A DNA stretch of 63,352 nucleotides, the filler included. It is 11 parts of 11 records of this genome, joined end to end, with 100 filler letters (N's around TTAATTAATTAA, not from the genome) between each part and the next. Parts side by side here need not be neighbours in the genome. Positions count along the whole stretch, not along the records: positions 46,710 to 53,008 come from SRR7504441_1329; positions 53,109 to 60,003 come from SRR7504441_1347; positions 60,104 to 63,352 come from SRR7504441_1362; 8 more parts are not named here. One strand, written 5' to 3'. Numbering within the stretch: position 1 is the first letter of the stretch; each line of letters begins with the position of its first letter. Positions 48,241 through 60,147 of the stretch are shown one piece after another. Both the position numbers and the translations under genes were made by a program. Under the pieces are notes generated by a model that searched no databases, was not told the origin of the DNA, and saw nothing but the letters and a program-made list of their open reading frames with translations.

Positions 48241-51200
48241 TCAGACTAACTTGCCTCGATGGACGACATGTCCGTCAACGAGACGAACGTGTGTCTCGAA
48301 AGCGAGCGAGCCATTCGTGGTTGTCGTGACATCAATCACGCGACTTCCGTCCATGTACCCATCGCACTGATAGCCACCGAAGCCGGAGTGACGGCCAAAG
48401 CACAGATCTATCGACCGTTCACCTAGCTGGCAGCAAACGTCATTGCAATGATCGTGCCCCACGAAAACCGCGCGCACCTCCGGCGCCGCCTCTAGCGCAG
48501 CGAAGAGGCCTGCATTATTCAGTGTTGGTGTGATACCCTCAGTCTTGACACCAAAGCACTTTCCATGCTCATACGCCTCGGAGAATTCCGGCAGCGGGAT
48601 GTGGACAAAGACAAGCGCAGGCACAACCGCACCGAATGCTGCACGCCGTGCTGCCATGGTCTGATTGAACCAGTTCACCTGTGCTGGGGCGAGCCTTTCA
48701 GCCATGCCTCCGCCGCCGGAGTCGAGGTGGACGAGTTGGAGGGCCGGCACCGAGCTGCTTGAATTGCGGCCCATCACATCAACCACATACACTGATGCCG
48801 CCGGCCAGAGCTCTGCAGGACCAAGTGCGGAGTGAGAGTTGGGCAGAGATGCGTCATGCCGCATCAGTGCAACTCGATCAGTCTTAGCGCCGGAGCTCGA
48901 TTGGTTGCCTGTCTGTGGCTCGGCGTCGTGGTTACCTAGAATCGCCGTATGCGGAATATCCTTCTCGTCCAACAGCCCAACCAGTTCATCCCAGTAGGCC
49001 GTGGCGTTGGCGTCGATGTTCAGCCCTGTCAGCTGGTCGCCTGAGAGCACAACCAGGTCCGGTTCCTCGAGGGGCAGCACAACTGAACGGAGGCCAGCAA
49101 AGGTCTCGCTATCCTGGCGAGGCCCCCATGGCACACTCTCCCCCTCGCCCATGTGAACATCGGCGATCTGCAAGATGCGGAACGACCCATCATCACGGAG
49201 GCGCAGCGGCGCGGGTGGTGACGGAGCTGAGCCAGTCAAAGTCTGCACTTGAACAGTTTGGACAGCCCCCACCCACACCCCCCCTGGTCTGAGATCCACT
49301 GCTGGTCCCGCGCTTAGCTGCAATCGGGCAGGGCTGCCGCTGTCAGCCGCCAGCCTGATGGTCATATTGTCAGTGTCGAGCTCGAGGTCAAGGACAATGC
49401 CGTTGTATTTCAGCCGGCGGAGTGCCATGGTGGACGAGCTCGGAGGAAGCACCGGCCTGAGTTGAAGTGACTCGCGCAGCACTCTGACCCCGCCATATCC
49501 GTATATGATCGCTTGGAGGAACGAGCCGGCCGAGGTGAGGTAGCCCACGTTCCCGCCCTCGTTCGGATTCTCGGAGAAGGTAAAGTACGGCTCAAAGCAA
49601 AAGTTCTGGTAGGTGGCTTTAAACTCGGTGGCGGCCAGCTTCAGCCACTTTGGGTCTTTCGAGCGAGCGGCTCTGTCGAGCGCCAGGATGCAATGCACGC
49701 CATGCTGCATGTCCGGCCAGGACTCGGTGTGCGCAGAGTAGAAGGCCAAGTCGTTGCTGGCGACCTGCTCGCTGATGTTGGCTAGCCGGTCAAACATGAG
49801 AGGAAAGTAGAGCAGTAGCGTGTCGGCCTGCTTCGTCTGGAACTTGTCATCGAACTGCATCCCAGCGTATTGCGGGTGCATCTGCCGCTGTTGATCGAAC
49901 AGCACCACCAGCCGCTCACTCACATCCTGCCAGCGCGGATCTGGTTGTAGCCCGAGAGCAGTTGCTGCCTCGATCGCAAACTGCATGGCCGAGATTGCTC
50001 CAGCATTGGTGTATGTGTTGTCATCCACACCAGCGTGGTGCTCATCCGGGCCGTACACGTTCAGGATGGACAGCGCGTGGCTTCCGTTCACGGGCGTTGT
50101 GCGAGACACGTAGAAGTCGGCCACACCGCTCGCAATGGGGTACCCGACCGCTCGGAGCCACGTTTGGTTCCGAGTGGCCCACCAGTAGTTCCGGGCTGTT
50201 GAAGCAATGTCTGCAGAGAAGTGGATCTCGTTGGTCCCCAGCGGAGAGACCCGCCCGTCGGCTGCAGTCACTTCGGCCCCCGAGGCCGCTGACTGGCACG
50301 GAAACATTGTGCCGTTGTAACCGAGCCCGGCGGCCTTGAGCCTGGCCTCCGAGATCCGGACGTGCCGGTACCGGAGCACCCCGGCCGCAAACTCGGGCCG
50401 GAAGATCGAGATGGCCGGGTAGATCCAGTAATCAACATCCCATAACATCCCGCCCCCCCAGTGCCCGAAAGCACCCTCGCTCAACGCTTCCATTCCGCCA
50501 GGGTAGCCTGTGCTCCAGGTCTCATCGGTGGCCGATATGATATTGTAAAGCGAGGCGTTCACCGCCCTGCGCACAAACGGGTCCCCGTCCAGCTCAATCA
50601 GGTTCTCACGCCAGGCCGCTCGCCAGGCGGCAGTGTGTTCTGCCAGCAGCGAGTCCGGGGCAGCTGCTGCCTCTTGTTGGATCTGGAGCGCCGCGCCCAG
50701 AGGATCGGCCGCCAGCTGCCCAGTCTGGACTGCCCCCACAAAGAACCAGCGCCCGCCGCCCTTCGGCACGGCCAGTGGGGACCGCACAGCCGTGTGGACG
50801 TACCCGATCGTGCTGAGAGGGTATCCAGGGATCTCTGGCACCCTTGTGGTGCCCAGCCGGCAGCTCAGCCCAGGCGGGCATGAGACATTGTTGGCCCAGG
50901 CCACATCCCACTCGGGTCCGCCGTTTGGGTCCGCCACCCGCTGGCTGCCGTCGGGTTGCTCCACCGTCAGCTGGACCGGCTGGGTGACCGACCCGTCCAC
51001 CCGCAGCTCCATCACCAGCAGCGGCTTCCGGGTCCGGTGAGCGTACCAGCGCTGCTCGGCCACCCCCCCGTCGAGCACGGTCCGCCGCAGATAGGTTGCG
51101 GCCTCCAGGTCCAGCGCGCACCCGCCGGACGGGCCAGCCAGCCGGATGGCCATCCCGGAGGGCACGCGGGCCAGGTGTGAGCGCTGCGAGAGCGGGGACG

Positions 51201-51486
51201 AGGCATTGCCGGCGCCGGCGGTCGGGCCGAGCCCGGTGTAGACCCCGGCCACGAAGAGGGTGCCCGAGTCGACCAGGGTGCCGACCAGCCCGTTGGCCAC
51301 CGAGGCGTGCCGGCCCCAGACCGAGGACACCCCGTGCTGGCTCACCGTGCAGTTGGGGTTCCAGAGCATGCTGCCCGCCCGCACCCGGGCCGCCCACTCC
51401 GGCGGAATCGCCGGGTCTGCCGGCACGTGGGCCACCAGCAGTGCCAGCAGAAGCGACAGTGTGGGCGACAGTGCTACCGCCCACAT
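48241..51486 (-). CDS. Secreted GH65-like glucosidase/trehalase (PGGHG/ATHL1-like) fused to a calcineurin-like metallophosphoesterase (PAP29/DCR2-like)
   Basis: One open frame; signal peptide; WDVDYWIYP, GTMFPCQS, EIHFSAD, GPDEH, KQAD, YLTSAGSFLQAIIYGYGG; then ILQIADVHMGE, SGDQ, GNHD, FVHIPLPEF, GHDHCND, GRHSGFGGY. Confidence 0.88.
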   Translation of the reverse strand: MWAVALSPTLSLLLALLVAHVPADPAIPPEWAARVRAGSMLWNPNCTVSQHGVSSVWGRHASVANGLVGTLVDSGTLFVAGVYTGLGPTAGAGNASSPLSQRSHLARVPSGMAIRLAGPSGGCALDLEAATYLRRTVLDGGVAEQRWYAHRTRKPLLVMELRVDGSVTQPVQLTVEQPDGSQRVADPNGGPEWDVAWANNVSCPPGLSCRLGTTRVPEIPGYPLSTIGYVHTAVRSPLAVPKGGGRWFFVGAVQTGQLAADPLGAALQIQQEAAAAPDSLLAEHTAAWRAAWRENLIELDGDPFVRRAVNASLYNIISATDETWSTGYPGGMEALSEGAFGHWGGGMLWDVDYWIYPAISIFRPEFAAGVLRYRHVRISEARLKAAGLGYNGTMFPCQSAASGAEVTAADGRVSPLGTNEIHFSADIASTARNYWWATRNQTWLRAVGYPIASGVADFYVSRTTPVNGSHALSILNVYGPDEHHAGVDDNTYTNAGAISAMQFAIEAATALGLQPDPRWQDVSERLVVLFDQQRQMHPQYAGMQFDDKFQTKQADTLLLYFPLMFDRLANISEQVASNDLAFYSAHTESWPDMQHGVHCILALDRAARSKDPKWLKLAATEFKATYQNFCFEPYFTFSENPNEGGNVGYLTSAGSFLQAIIYGYGGVRVLRESLQLRPVLPPSSSTMALRRLKYNGIVLDLELDTDNMTIRLAADSGSPARLQLSAGPAVDLRPGGVWVGAVQTVQVQTLTGSAPSPPAPLRLRDDGSFRILQIADVHMGEGESVPWGPRQDSETFAGLRSVVLPLEEPDLVVLSGDQLTGLNIDANATAYWDELVGLLDEKDIPHTAILGNHDAEPQTGNQSSSGAKTDRVALMRHDASLPNSHSALGPAELWPAASVYVVDVMGRNSSSSVPALQLVHLDSGGGGMAERLAPAQVNWFNQTMAARRAAFGAVVPALVFVHIPLPEFSEAYEHGKCFGVKTEGITPTLNNAGLFAALEAAPEVRAVFVGHDHCNDVCCQLGERSIDLCFGRHSGFGGYQCDGYMDGSRVIDVTTTTNGSLAFETHVRLVDGHVVHRGKLV

Positions 51487-51558
51487 CTCCAGAAGCTTCG
51501 TCGCAAGGTGCGGTAGCCTCGCCACGGCCAGTGCTACAGACGTGCCGTTGAAACTCCA

Positions 51559-52410
51559 ATGGGGCGTACTGCCTGGATGATCCTGCTGCTTCCAGCGCTT
51601 GCCGGGTGCACGTGCCTGCCATGCTGCGAGGACCCGCCGCCAGGACAGCTCTGCTGCTGTCCGCCCGCTGGCTGCCCCATCCCGCCCAGCTGCGCCCCAA
51701 CCAGCGCGGCTGGTGGCTCGGCCAACCTCACCGGCTATGCGAGGTCGTTCGTGACCGACAACAGGCTGGCTGGGGCCACCATCACGGCCGACGGTGGGGG
51801 GGCTCAGCTCAATACCACCACCGACTCTGCCGGCCGGTTCCAGCTCCAGTGGCCGGTGGGTGAGCGGGTGGAGCTATCCATCGCGGCGGAGGGTTACCAT
51901 CCGACAACCGGCGGGGCCGTGGTGGTGCCGCCGGGGGGGCTCAGCGGCCCGCACGCCGAGTATACGTTCCAGACGCCCCGGATTGCCACCTACGAGGCGC
52001 TAAAGGCCGTTTTGATCCACTGGCAGCACCACACCATAGACCCGAGCTGCTGCCACGTTGTGACCACCGTCTGCGCCGAGAACAAAACACTAGAGGACGA
52101 TCCACAGGGCGAGCCTGGCGCCACGATCCAGCTTGACCCGGCGCCAGCTGGAGCGCCACTCGCATTCTATTTTGGGATAGTTGCTGGCAAGACCAATCCA
52201 TTCGCCCGCGGGCTGACCAACACGAGCGCTGATGGCGGCGCGGCGTTCTTCAACGTGCCGGTGCGCGATGAGCCGTACACGCTGTTTGCGTACAAGCGGG
52301 GCGTGAGCTTCAGTAATGCGAGCTTTTATTGTCGGCCGGATCGGTTGGTGAACATCGCGCCGCCTCGAGGGCCGACTGTGACTAGCAGGCGTGACGACTA
52401 TCCGGTTTAA
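51559..52410 (+). CDS. Secreted protein with carboxypeptidase-regulatory-like (transthyretin-fold) domains
   Basis: Signal peptide; Cys/Pro-rich linker; LAGATIT..TTTDSAGRF; TSADGGAAFFNVP..YTL.A.K.G; intronless. Confidence 0.7.
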   Translation: MGRTAWMILLLPALAGCTCLPCCEDPPPGQLCCCPPAGCPIPPSCAPTSAAGGSANLTGYARSFVTDNRLAGATITADGGGAQLNTTTDSAGRFQLQWPVGERVELSIAAEGYHPTTGGAVVVPPGGLSGPHAEYTFQTPRIATYEALKAVLIHWQHHTIDPSCCHVVTTVCAENKTLEDDPQGEPGATIQLDPAPAGAPLAFYFGIVAGKTNPFARGLTNTSADGGAAFFNVPVRDEPYTLFAYKRGVSFSNASFYCRPDRLVNIAPPRGPTVTSRRDDYPV

Positions 52411-52583
52411 ATGAGCTTATAATGTTATGTTCATCATGACAAACCGTCTCGCTATCTATACCGATTTCAAGACAGCACTCGTACTAAAGTACCGTCCATG
52501 TACTGTTGTTACGCGTGGGCTTGGCTTGACCACTTTCATCAACGACTCGCAAAAAGCACCGACGCCTTGAGAGCTGAGACACG

Positions 52584-53008
52584 ATGATCTGCAACATATT
52601 CGCGGGGAGCCGTGGCGTGCCCGTGGGCGATCAGGCGGTCGGCAGGCGGTCGGCGTCCGCGCTCTCCGCCCAGTCGACTGCCAGGGACCCCGACGCTTTC
52701 GTCGTGGTCACCGGCGGGGGCAGTGGAATCGGCAGGGCGCTGGTGCACCACTTCTGCCAAACACGGCCGGTGCTCACCTGCGGCCGCCGGCTGGACCCAC
52801 TCAAGGAGACCCAGCAGACCGCCACCCGGCCGGATCGTATCAGCGTGGTGGCCTGTGACCTGGCCAGTTCGTCCGGCCGCGCGCAGCTCGAAGCGGCGCT
52901 CCCCGAGCATGCGAGCGTGGCCCTGCTGTTCCAGAACGCAGCCATCGGGGAGCCGGACCCTCTGGCCGGGCTGGACCTTGGCCACCTGGAGGAGGCACTC
53001 CGAGTGAA
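52584..53008 (+). CDS. Short-chain dehydrogenase/reductase, 3'-truncated
   Basis: VVVTGGGSGIGRAL, GRR, VACDLA, LFQNAAI. Confidence 0.85.
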
Positions 53009-53127
53009 NNNNNNNNNNNNNNNNNNNNNNNNNNNNNNNNNNNNNNNNNNNNTTAATTAATTAANNNNNNNNNNNNNNNNNNNNNNNNNNNNNNNNNNNN
53101 NNNNNNNNCGACACAGCCGGACCGAGG

Positions 53128-54124
53128 ATGGGGGAGCGCTCTCGGCTGGACCAGGGGCTCCGGCTGGCTGCGGCCGGGGCGGCAGCCGGGGCGTTCACCA
53201 AGACGGCGGTGGCGCCGCTGGAGCGAATCAAAATGCTTTTCCAGCTCCAGGGCCAGCGGCTGGCGGTGGCCGGCGGCGGCTCCGAACCCTACCACTCTCC
53301 AATATCGGTGGCACGCCGGATTGTGCGGGAGGACGGGCTTGCTGCGCTGTATCGAGGGAACGGCGCCAATGTGGTGCGCTGCTCCCGCTGGGCCGAGGCG
53401 AGCCGGGCGCAGGTGCGTATTATCCCTAATGCAGCGCTGAAGTTCGCGTTCAACGACACGTTTAAGGCGATGGCGATGCGGCCAGGCCAGACCGCCCGGG
53501 ACTTGAGCGTGGCGCAGCTGCTTGGGTGCAGCGCGGCGGGCGGGCTGGTGCAGGTGGTGACCACCAACCCGATCGAGGTAGTCCGGACCAGGCTGACGCT
53601 GTCCAGCGAGATGGGCGGGGTGGGCTACCGAGGGATCTGGCACTGTGCAGTGGACACCGTGCGGCAGGAGGGCTGGCTCGCGCTGTACAAGGGGCTCAGC
53701 CCGGCTGTGCTCACTACAGTCCCGTATATAGCATGCCAGATGACATTCTACGATCTGTTTAAGAGAGTGTATCCGCAAAGGAGCGACGGCTCGTCGTCCA
53801 CGCTGTGGAGTCTGGCTGCTGGCGCCTCGGCGGGGCTGTGCGCCCAGACGCTGTGCTATCCGGGGGATACTATGCGCCGGCAGCTGCAGACTAACGGACT
53901 GGGGGGCGAAGCCAAGCTCTACTCAGGGGCAGTGGATTGCTTCAAGCAAATACTAAGACGAGACGGAGTGCGAGGTTTTTATCGAGGCTTGCCGATTAAT
54001 GTAGTCAAGTGCATCCCAGAGGTGTGCCAGGCCAGCGTTACTGCCCACCTTATTGATGTGTGTGATTCAGGCGGGATTGCAATTTGCATCATACGACTTC
54101 TTCAAAACAACGCTTCTAGAATAA
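53128..54124 (+). CDS. Mitochondrial carrier (SLC25; SLC25A42/A16-like)
   Basis: Three repeats: APLERIK, NPIEVVRTR, YPGDTMRRQ; introns 53374-53412 and 54022-54070. Confidence 0.9.
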
Positions 54125-54254
54125 AAACCTCTTCTTGTAAGATTTATTCTGTGCGCGCATCTCACGTGACTGCTTTAAGAGCAGCTCAACAGTGGCCAAT
54201 TAGAGCTAGTGTACATATTGTGCGCACGTGTAGCTCGCTTAAGCTCGCTAACTT

Positions 54255-57200
54255 TTAGTTCCAAAAATCATAGATTTGTTTGATGTCGACTCCCACAGAT
54301 TGGCAACTCCGAATCACTTCGAGCAAGCATGGTACGTCCACGCACAATGATACCGAAATTGGCGCCTTCTTGGCAGTTGGTCCCCAAGGAAACTCATATT
54401 CAAACATCACCTTGCATCCGGGCATTTTGGATTTGAGAGAATGGAGCTGAGCCTCGTCGTGCACTTCTGCCCGCACTTGAACCTGAAGCTGGTTTGAAAT
54501 CTGGAGGACCGACAAGTTGGCAACTTTAGCCAGATTGAGCAAGACTTGGGTCATCACCTTGAACGTTGGTATGATTACGGTATACAACCGAGGAATGATG
54601 ACGATGACCTCTCGAATGCGAGGGTCAATTGACTCCCAGTCAGGCTCATCGAACCCAGTTTGAATCACGAGCTGCTCGACAATATTGTCCGGATCATATG
54701 TCTCAGATCCCATGTATGCCTTCAATGGCAATGCAAGCAACTGCATCTGAGCAAAGAAGAATGCCATGGCGACCCCTGGAATCATATCGGTCAAGAAGGC
54801 CATGGAGAAAAAGGCTTTGCGTGCCCCGAATTTCTCGCTCACGATTGCACCCTCATTGAATAGTACCTTCCAGTACATGGCGAGAAACTTCATGAAAGGG
54901 AATCTAAACCATGGTTCAAAGCTCATGGAGCTCGCAAACACCTCCAAAATCTCGACTTGCATCCATTCAGAAAGCTTATACCATGTGTATTCGCCGTCAT
55001 CAGAGTGCAGTTCTCGGATTTGACCGGAAGTTTCTAACCTTTCGATTAGTGTCTGCACACGCGGAAGCAGTGCGTATGTGTCAATGGTGGCGTCAGCAGT
55101 CTCATACCACAGCAGCAGGGTGTATGTTGCTTCTGGTGTTTTACCATGCACTGCATCTTTTATGCCTCCGAATAATCCCTGCATATGAGGCGAATCAAGC
55201 AATAGCACTAAGAAAGCTAAATGGTCAGTTACCCGTGTTATTCCGCCAAACTTGTATTCGCCCCGAAGAATATCTCCAGGCTTATACCGATAACCCCTTG
55301 CAGGAGCGGGCAGCCCAAGGTTAGTCTGGAGGTGCTCCATGACCCTGTCATCAATACAAATCTCTCCGTTGTGCAGAACCGATCTCATGAAATCTGAACA
55401 ATCCAGTTCTTGCTGGACCTCTCCTTCCTCCATCACAATCCGTGCTCGCACAAGTAACGCTACGTCTTTTACGGTTCTCGATGTTTTTTCGACTAACAAG
55501 ATGGACGCATGCTGCGTATTGGTTGCGAGTGCTTTCAGGGCAGTGGTGATCTGGTTTGATTCGTGTCGTGACAACTCAGCTTGGACTGAGATGCTGTGAC
55601 GGCCTCTTCTTTCGCGTTCTTTTGCGTTTTGCTGGATTCTCATTGTATGCGCAGCTTCCCACATCTCGATGATTGGGCCTAATCCGGCCAAGTATGCCAT
55701 GGTCTTTCCTGAAGAAGTAAAATGGATTTTTGCAGAACCAAGTACGGCCATCGCAGCTTGCCACCAGGGAGACGAGCGACGATTCAGATTTCGGAAGCTA
55801 AATTCTTCATGGCCATCCTCACTCACCAGTACTTGTACTGCATCTGATAGCTCTTCAAACGCTCGCCGGTCCAAATACTCCGCTAATGAGTTTGCCACAG
55901 TAAAACGATCGGAACCCTTAAGCCTGGCGTTGATCACTGTGACTGCACGTGGCGGAAACCCTGCATGTTCCAAGACGTTTGGATCCTGTGTGAACAGCGG
56001 GTAGGCTTCGGCCAGGGACTGAAGTAGCTGCTCTACTTCTGCTGGCGTTGGGTCAGTTCCAGACCACTTTCGCTTGAGTTTCTTGACGCGGCCTGGCTCT
56101 TGTGAGCAATCATGAAATTCTTCCGCGTCTTCTGAAATCGATGCGCCAGCCTCGTCTTTTTCTTCTGAGGCGATTCCAAGCAAGGCCTGTGCCTCCTTTA
56201 TGGCAGACACTAGCGCAAGCTCCATGGCTGTTGCTTTCCCGGCAGCAGCTTTGCAAAGCAGTCCGTTGGCCACCAAGATTACCTCCTCTAGAGGCAGCTG
56301 TCCGCTTATTGCACCCTCTTTGAGATCAACGTGCTCAAACTGTGTAGCAAACCGCGCCAACAAGTCGACACAAGGGCGAAAGAACTGTGGGAGCATCTGT
56401 TCGGCATACGCTCGCTGCGCTCCAGATAAGCACGACTCTACTAGTCGTGCAAGTGTTGCCTCGAGAGCAGGCATACTTTCTTCCAGTGTTGCAAGTGTGC
56501 TCTTAATAAAGTCCATGAGACCAGCAGGGAGCTGATCCAGGAACATATCTACAGCAGCCGGGAGGACCGAAGTTGGAGGAGCTGCAATGTCAGCTTCCTC
56601 ATCGAGCGCGCTCATTTGTGGTGCGATTGCGCTATCAAATGGAGGCTTGACGAAGCACAGCATTTCATCAAATGTTGGGTCTCCTTTTTCCATCTCATAA
56701 AGCATCGAGTCGACAAACCCTGCACTTCTGATTATCTGCCGCCACTGCTGGACTGGTCTGAAGGCCCTGATTTCATTCATTTCTTCCCTCAAAGGCACTC
56801 CTGTGACAGCATTGAATACGGAGTGAGCCAGATCAAGCATTGGGATCAGATCTGGGGATGCATCGTGCTCTCTCACAATAAACAGCCCTGAAGGTCGGAG
56901 CACTCTCTTAACCTGAGCCAGAAAGGCCGAGATTCGCTCTTGAGGCAGATGGTGAAGTCCTTGGTTCATTGTCACTAGGTCTGCAGCTTCGTCTGGGATT
57001 CCCAGAAACGGGTCCACCTGCCTCCCCCAATCAGCGCAATTCAGTTTACAAGCTTCGCCTGTTGATAGTCGATCTGCTCAAACTTCCCCACAGCCTTGGT
57101 ACTTCCTCTTTCCAGCACGACAGGCAAGTCGGCTGCATCAGCAGCATCTGGATCGATATCGTGAACAACCCAACTTCTGCCTTTGAATACTCCATGCTTC

Positions 57201-59175
57201 CGAAGCATCTGCACCATCTTTCCGTTGTCGCCAATTGAGACGTATCCTATCAGGGAGTTCATTCTGCCGAGATGTCCCAGGATCGAGGACACCTCCCGCA
57301 GTAGCTCTGTCTTCTGGGCTCTTAGTTGTGAGACTTGCTTCCAAGTCTTGGAGACTCCTGCCAGCATCCCGCCATCTCTTTCACTCAGCTGTCGTTGAAT
57401 GTCTTGGAAAATCAGAGGGTCTTCGCCCTTGTTCAGCGGATCCCATGTTGATTGGACCATCATCCCATACAGCACGTGATTGTTCTCAATGTTGAATATC
57501 TGAGTCAAGAATTGCTCCATAAATGCTGAGCGAAGCTGGTGATTGTTCAGTAAATTCTTGTAAGAATCGGTGCGTCTTTCACTTACCCGTGGAACCTCGC
57601 TCAACGGAGGAAATACAGGCATAGGTATGGCAATTGTTGAAGCTCGATCGATCTGCTTATCCTCATTCCAGAACCGCTTCCCGTAACGAAGGTACCAAGA
57701 GCTTACAAACATTTGGTGCGGGTCATACTGTTGCTTCTTGGCAAAGAATTCGCCAGCAGATGGATATGCGCGGTCCATCTGCTCTGCGGTGTAGTGATGC
57801 CGATATGGCAGATAAAACGTCCCACCTGCATGCTGCTAGCTCAGTACACAATGAGATAGCTCAAAGCAAGTGGCGCACCGAGATCCAGTGTGATCTGCGT
57901 AAAGGCCTCGTGTGTCTGTTCCAGCTGCTTGTCAGCCTCTACAGTTGAATGAATCCGGTAATACAAGACGAAGGCAAACATTCCACCCTCGGCAGGACAG
58001 TAGCTGAGGAGCACCTCGTTTGAATCAGGCCACACAAACCTCACGGTTGTATTCAGTAGGTCGATGTCTGGTAAATCGGCTGCAAGTTTGTAAGCACTTG
58101 CTGCCCGGCGAACCCAAGACTTGAAGTTTTTTCTCGGCACAAAGTACTCTTGTAGCACAAAGGTGTCGTTCACTTCGTAAAACGGTGACACGAGCCTTGC
58201 AAGTGGCTGGGCCGATTCATACATGAGCAGGTTTCGTTCATTCTCATCGCTCCAGTCAACAGCCTGTCCACTGGCCCTTTCGATCTGGTATCTGAGCTCC
58301 TTGAACGCGGGCATTATCCACTTGTACAAAATCTGGGACTTGAAGCTCATCTCTCGAGGCGCCAGCCCGAGTTTTGACACAGTTCGCATCCCGCTGTGCA
58401 TCGCCCGTCTGAATACAAATAAGTCGATATTATCCAAATTGGTGATGTCCAGCCGGGCGAGTTTGATCTCCACGTCTTTATTTGGATCGAGCAAAACCTC
58501 ATCGTAAACCCTGCAGAATGTGTCCAGCTTTGTTTGCACCATCTCCATCGACAGATGGACGTTCTCGCTCACCTTGAGTTTGAACTCATGGATCACGCCG
58601 AACATCCCGTACCCACCAAGTGCCAACCCAAACAGCTCGCCGGCCTGCCCATCGGCGTCGCGCGAGCAGTTAACCTCGGAGCCGTCCCAGAGCACCATTT
58701 TGAACGACAGCACACTCTCGGCCCCACAGTGGTCAGTGGTGATCCCGTGAGCGTTCACTGCGAGCGAACCCCCCACGGAGAACGAGCTGTAGCTCTGCAT
58801 GGTCCGGGGCGAGTAGCCAAACTGGTTGAGGTACCGGATCAGGTCTGCCCACATCGCTCCTGGCTGCGTGGTCAGCACCTGGGTTTCTGGATCGAAACTG
58901 TACTTGTTCAGCCGCATCAGGTCGATTACAAAGCCGTCGGGTGCGATGGTATGTCCGCCCATCGAATGCCGCGTCCCACGCAGGGACACCGGTGTGCAGG
59001 AGCCATCCGGCGCGATGGTACTCCTGGCCAGCGCCAGCACCTGCCTGATATCCTCCACATCCCGCGCACAGAAGACCCGCGACACGTGCGTCCCATTCAT
59101 CCGAGTGACGTCGTCCACCATCGCGCTCTCGCCCGCCTTTGGCGCCGGGTCCGGCCAATCGTGGCGCGCCCTCAT
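54255..59175 (-). CDS. FAD-binding oxidoreductase fused to a class I SAM methyltransferase-like domain and a conserved C-terminal domain
   Basis: RGTRHSMGGH, MQSYSSFSVGGSLAVNAHG, GGYGMFG, LQEYFVP, GGTFYLPY, KQQYDP; SIGDNG, GLHHLP..RVLRPSGLFIVREHD; YKLSEW..FPF; two introns join three ORFs. The 5' end may extend to an ATG near 59486. Confidence 0.85.
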
Positions 59176-59538
59176 CGGCGGCCTCGGCGCTCTCGCCGCG
59201 TCCTGTGCACTGGCCGCACTGCCGTCCTGTGCACTGACCGTCTCCCCACTGGCGCCGATCGCCGGATGCTCGCGGCCGGTGCTGGCTGCTCCGGTCTCGT
59301 TGCTTTGGGTTGGGCAGTAGCCCCGGCCGGCATACCGGTAGCGAGTCTGTCAGAGCAGTCTGTTGCGGTTGGGATTCACTTCGCTCAGGGAAGCACGGCG
59401 AGCTTCAGGGGCAAGGTGCGCCCGGCTGGCTAGTATGCGTGGGCCCCGCGGGGGAAGGGGGGGGGGGGATCCGCCAGTCCGACCATACGGCCTTCTCACT
59501 TTGGCGGGACGCACGGCTGAACTAGGAGGGGCAGATAG

Positions 59539-60003
59539 ATGACCGCCCGCCCTCGGGCGGGGAGCACCCTCGGGCGCGCCGCTCCGAACAGAACGGAGGG
59601 CCGAGACGTCTCCGCGGCCAGGGGGGGAGCTGATCCAGAGGCCGGGCGCCGACCGGTGAAGCTGTGCGGCACAAGGGGCGCGGCGGTCGCGGTGAGGACG
59701 TTGGTGGCGGTCTGGTTTCTAGCCGCGGCGGTCGGCGGGGTCGAGTTCAACTGCTTTACAGCCCGCGATGCGCTGATGCAGCTGTACTACGGCATGAACG
59801 GGCCGGAGTGGCCAGCTCAGTCCCAGTCCGGCTGGGGAGAATACAGCAAGCCCGTCTGCGAATGGGAGGGGGTGACAGGCAGCTGCGCTTTTTTTCATAG
59901 TTTAATCCGGCGGCGGCGGCAAGTTCGAGGCAGCAACAAGCAAGTCGACCTTCAGTGCGCGAGAGACTGCAAGGGCTGCTCGTGGTGGAAGACAGGAGAG
60001 TGT
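59539..60003 (+). CDS. Protein with a hydrophobic leader and LRR N-cap, 3'-truncated
   Basis: RDALMQLYYGMNGPEW..W..PVCEWEGVT. Confidence 0.6.
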
Positions 60004-60147
60004 NNNNNNNNNNNNNNNNNNNNNNNNNNNNNNNNNNNNNNNNNNNNTTAATTAATTAANNNNNNNNNNNNNNNNNNNNNNNNNNNNNNNNNNNNNNNNN
60101 NNNTCGTCCAAAATCCGAGTAAGAAGATAACTTCGACCTGACAGCGG

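Noticed and set aside
50606-51700. Many long antisense or overlapping ORFs (e.g. 50606-51700, 23077-24009, 15329-16228, 58534-59433)
   Set aside because: Shadow ORFs expected at high GC; Arg/Pro/Ala-rich with no recognisable motifs
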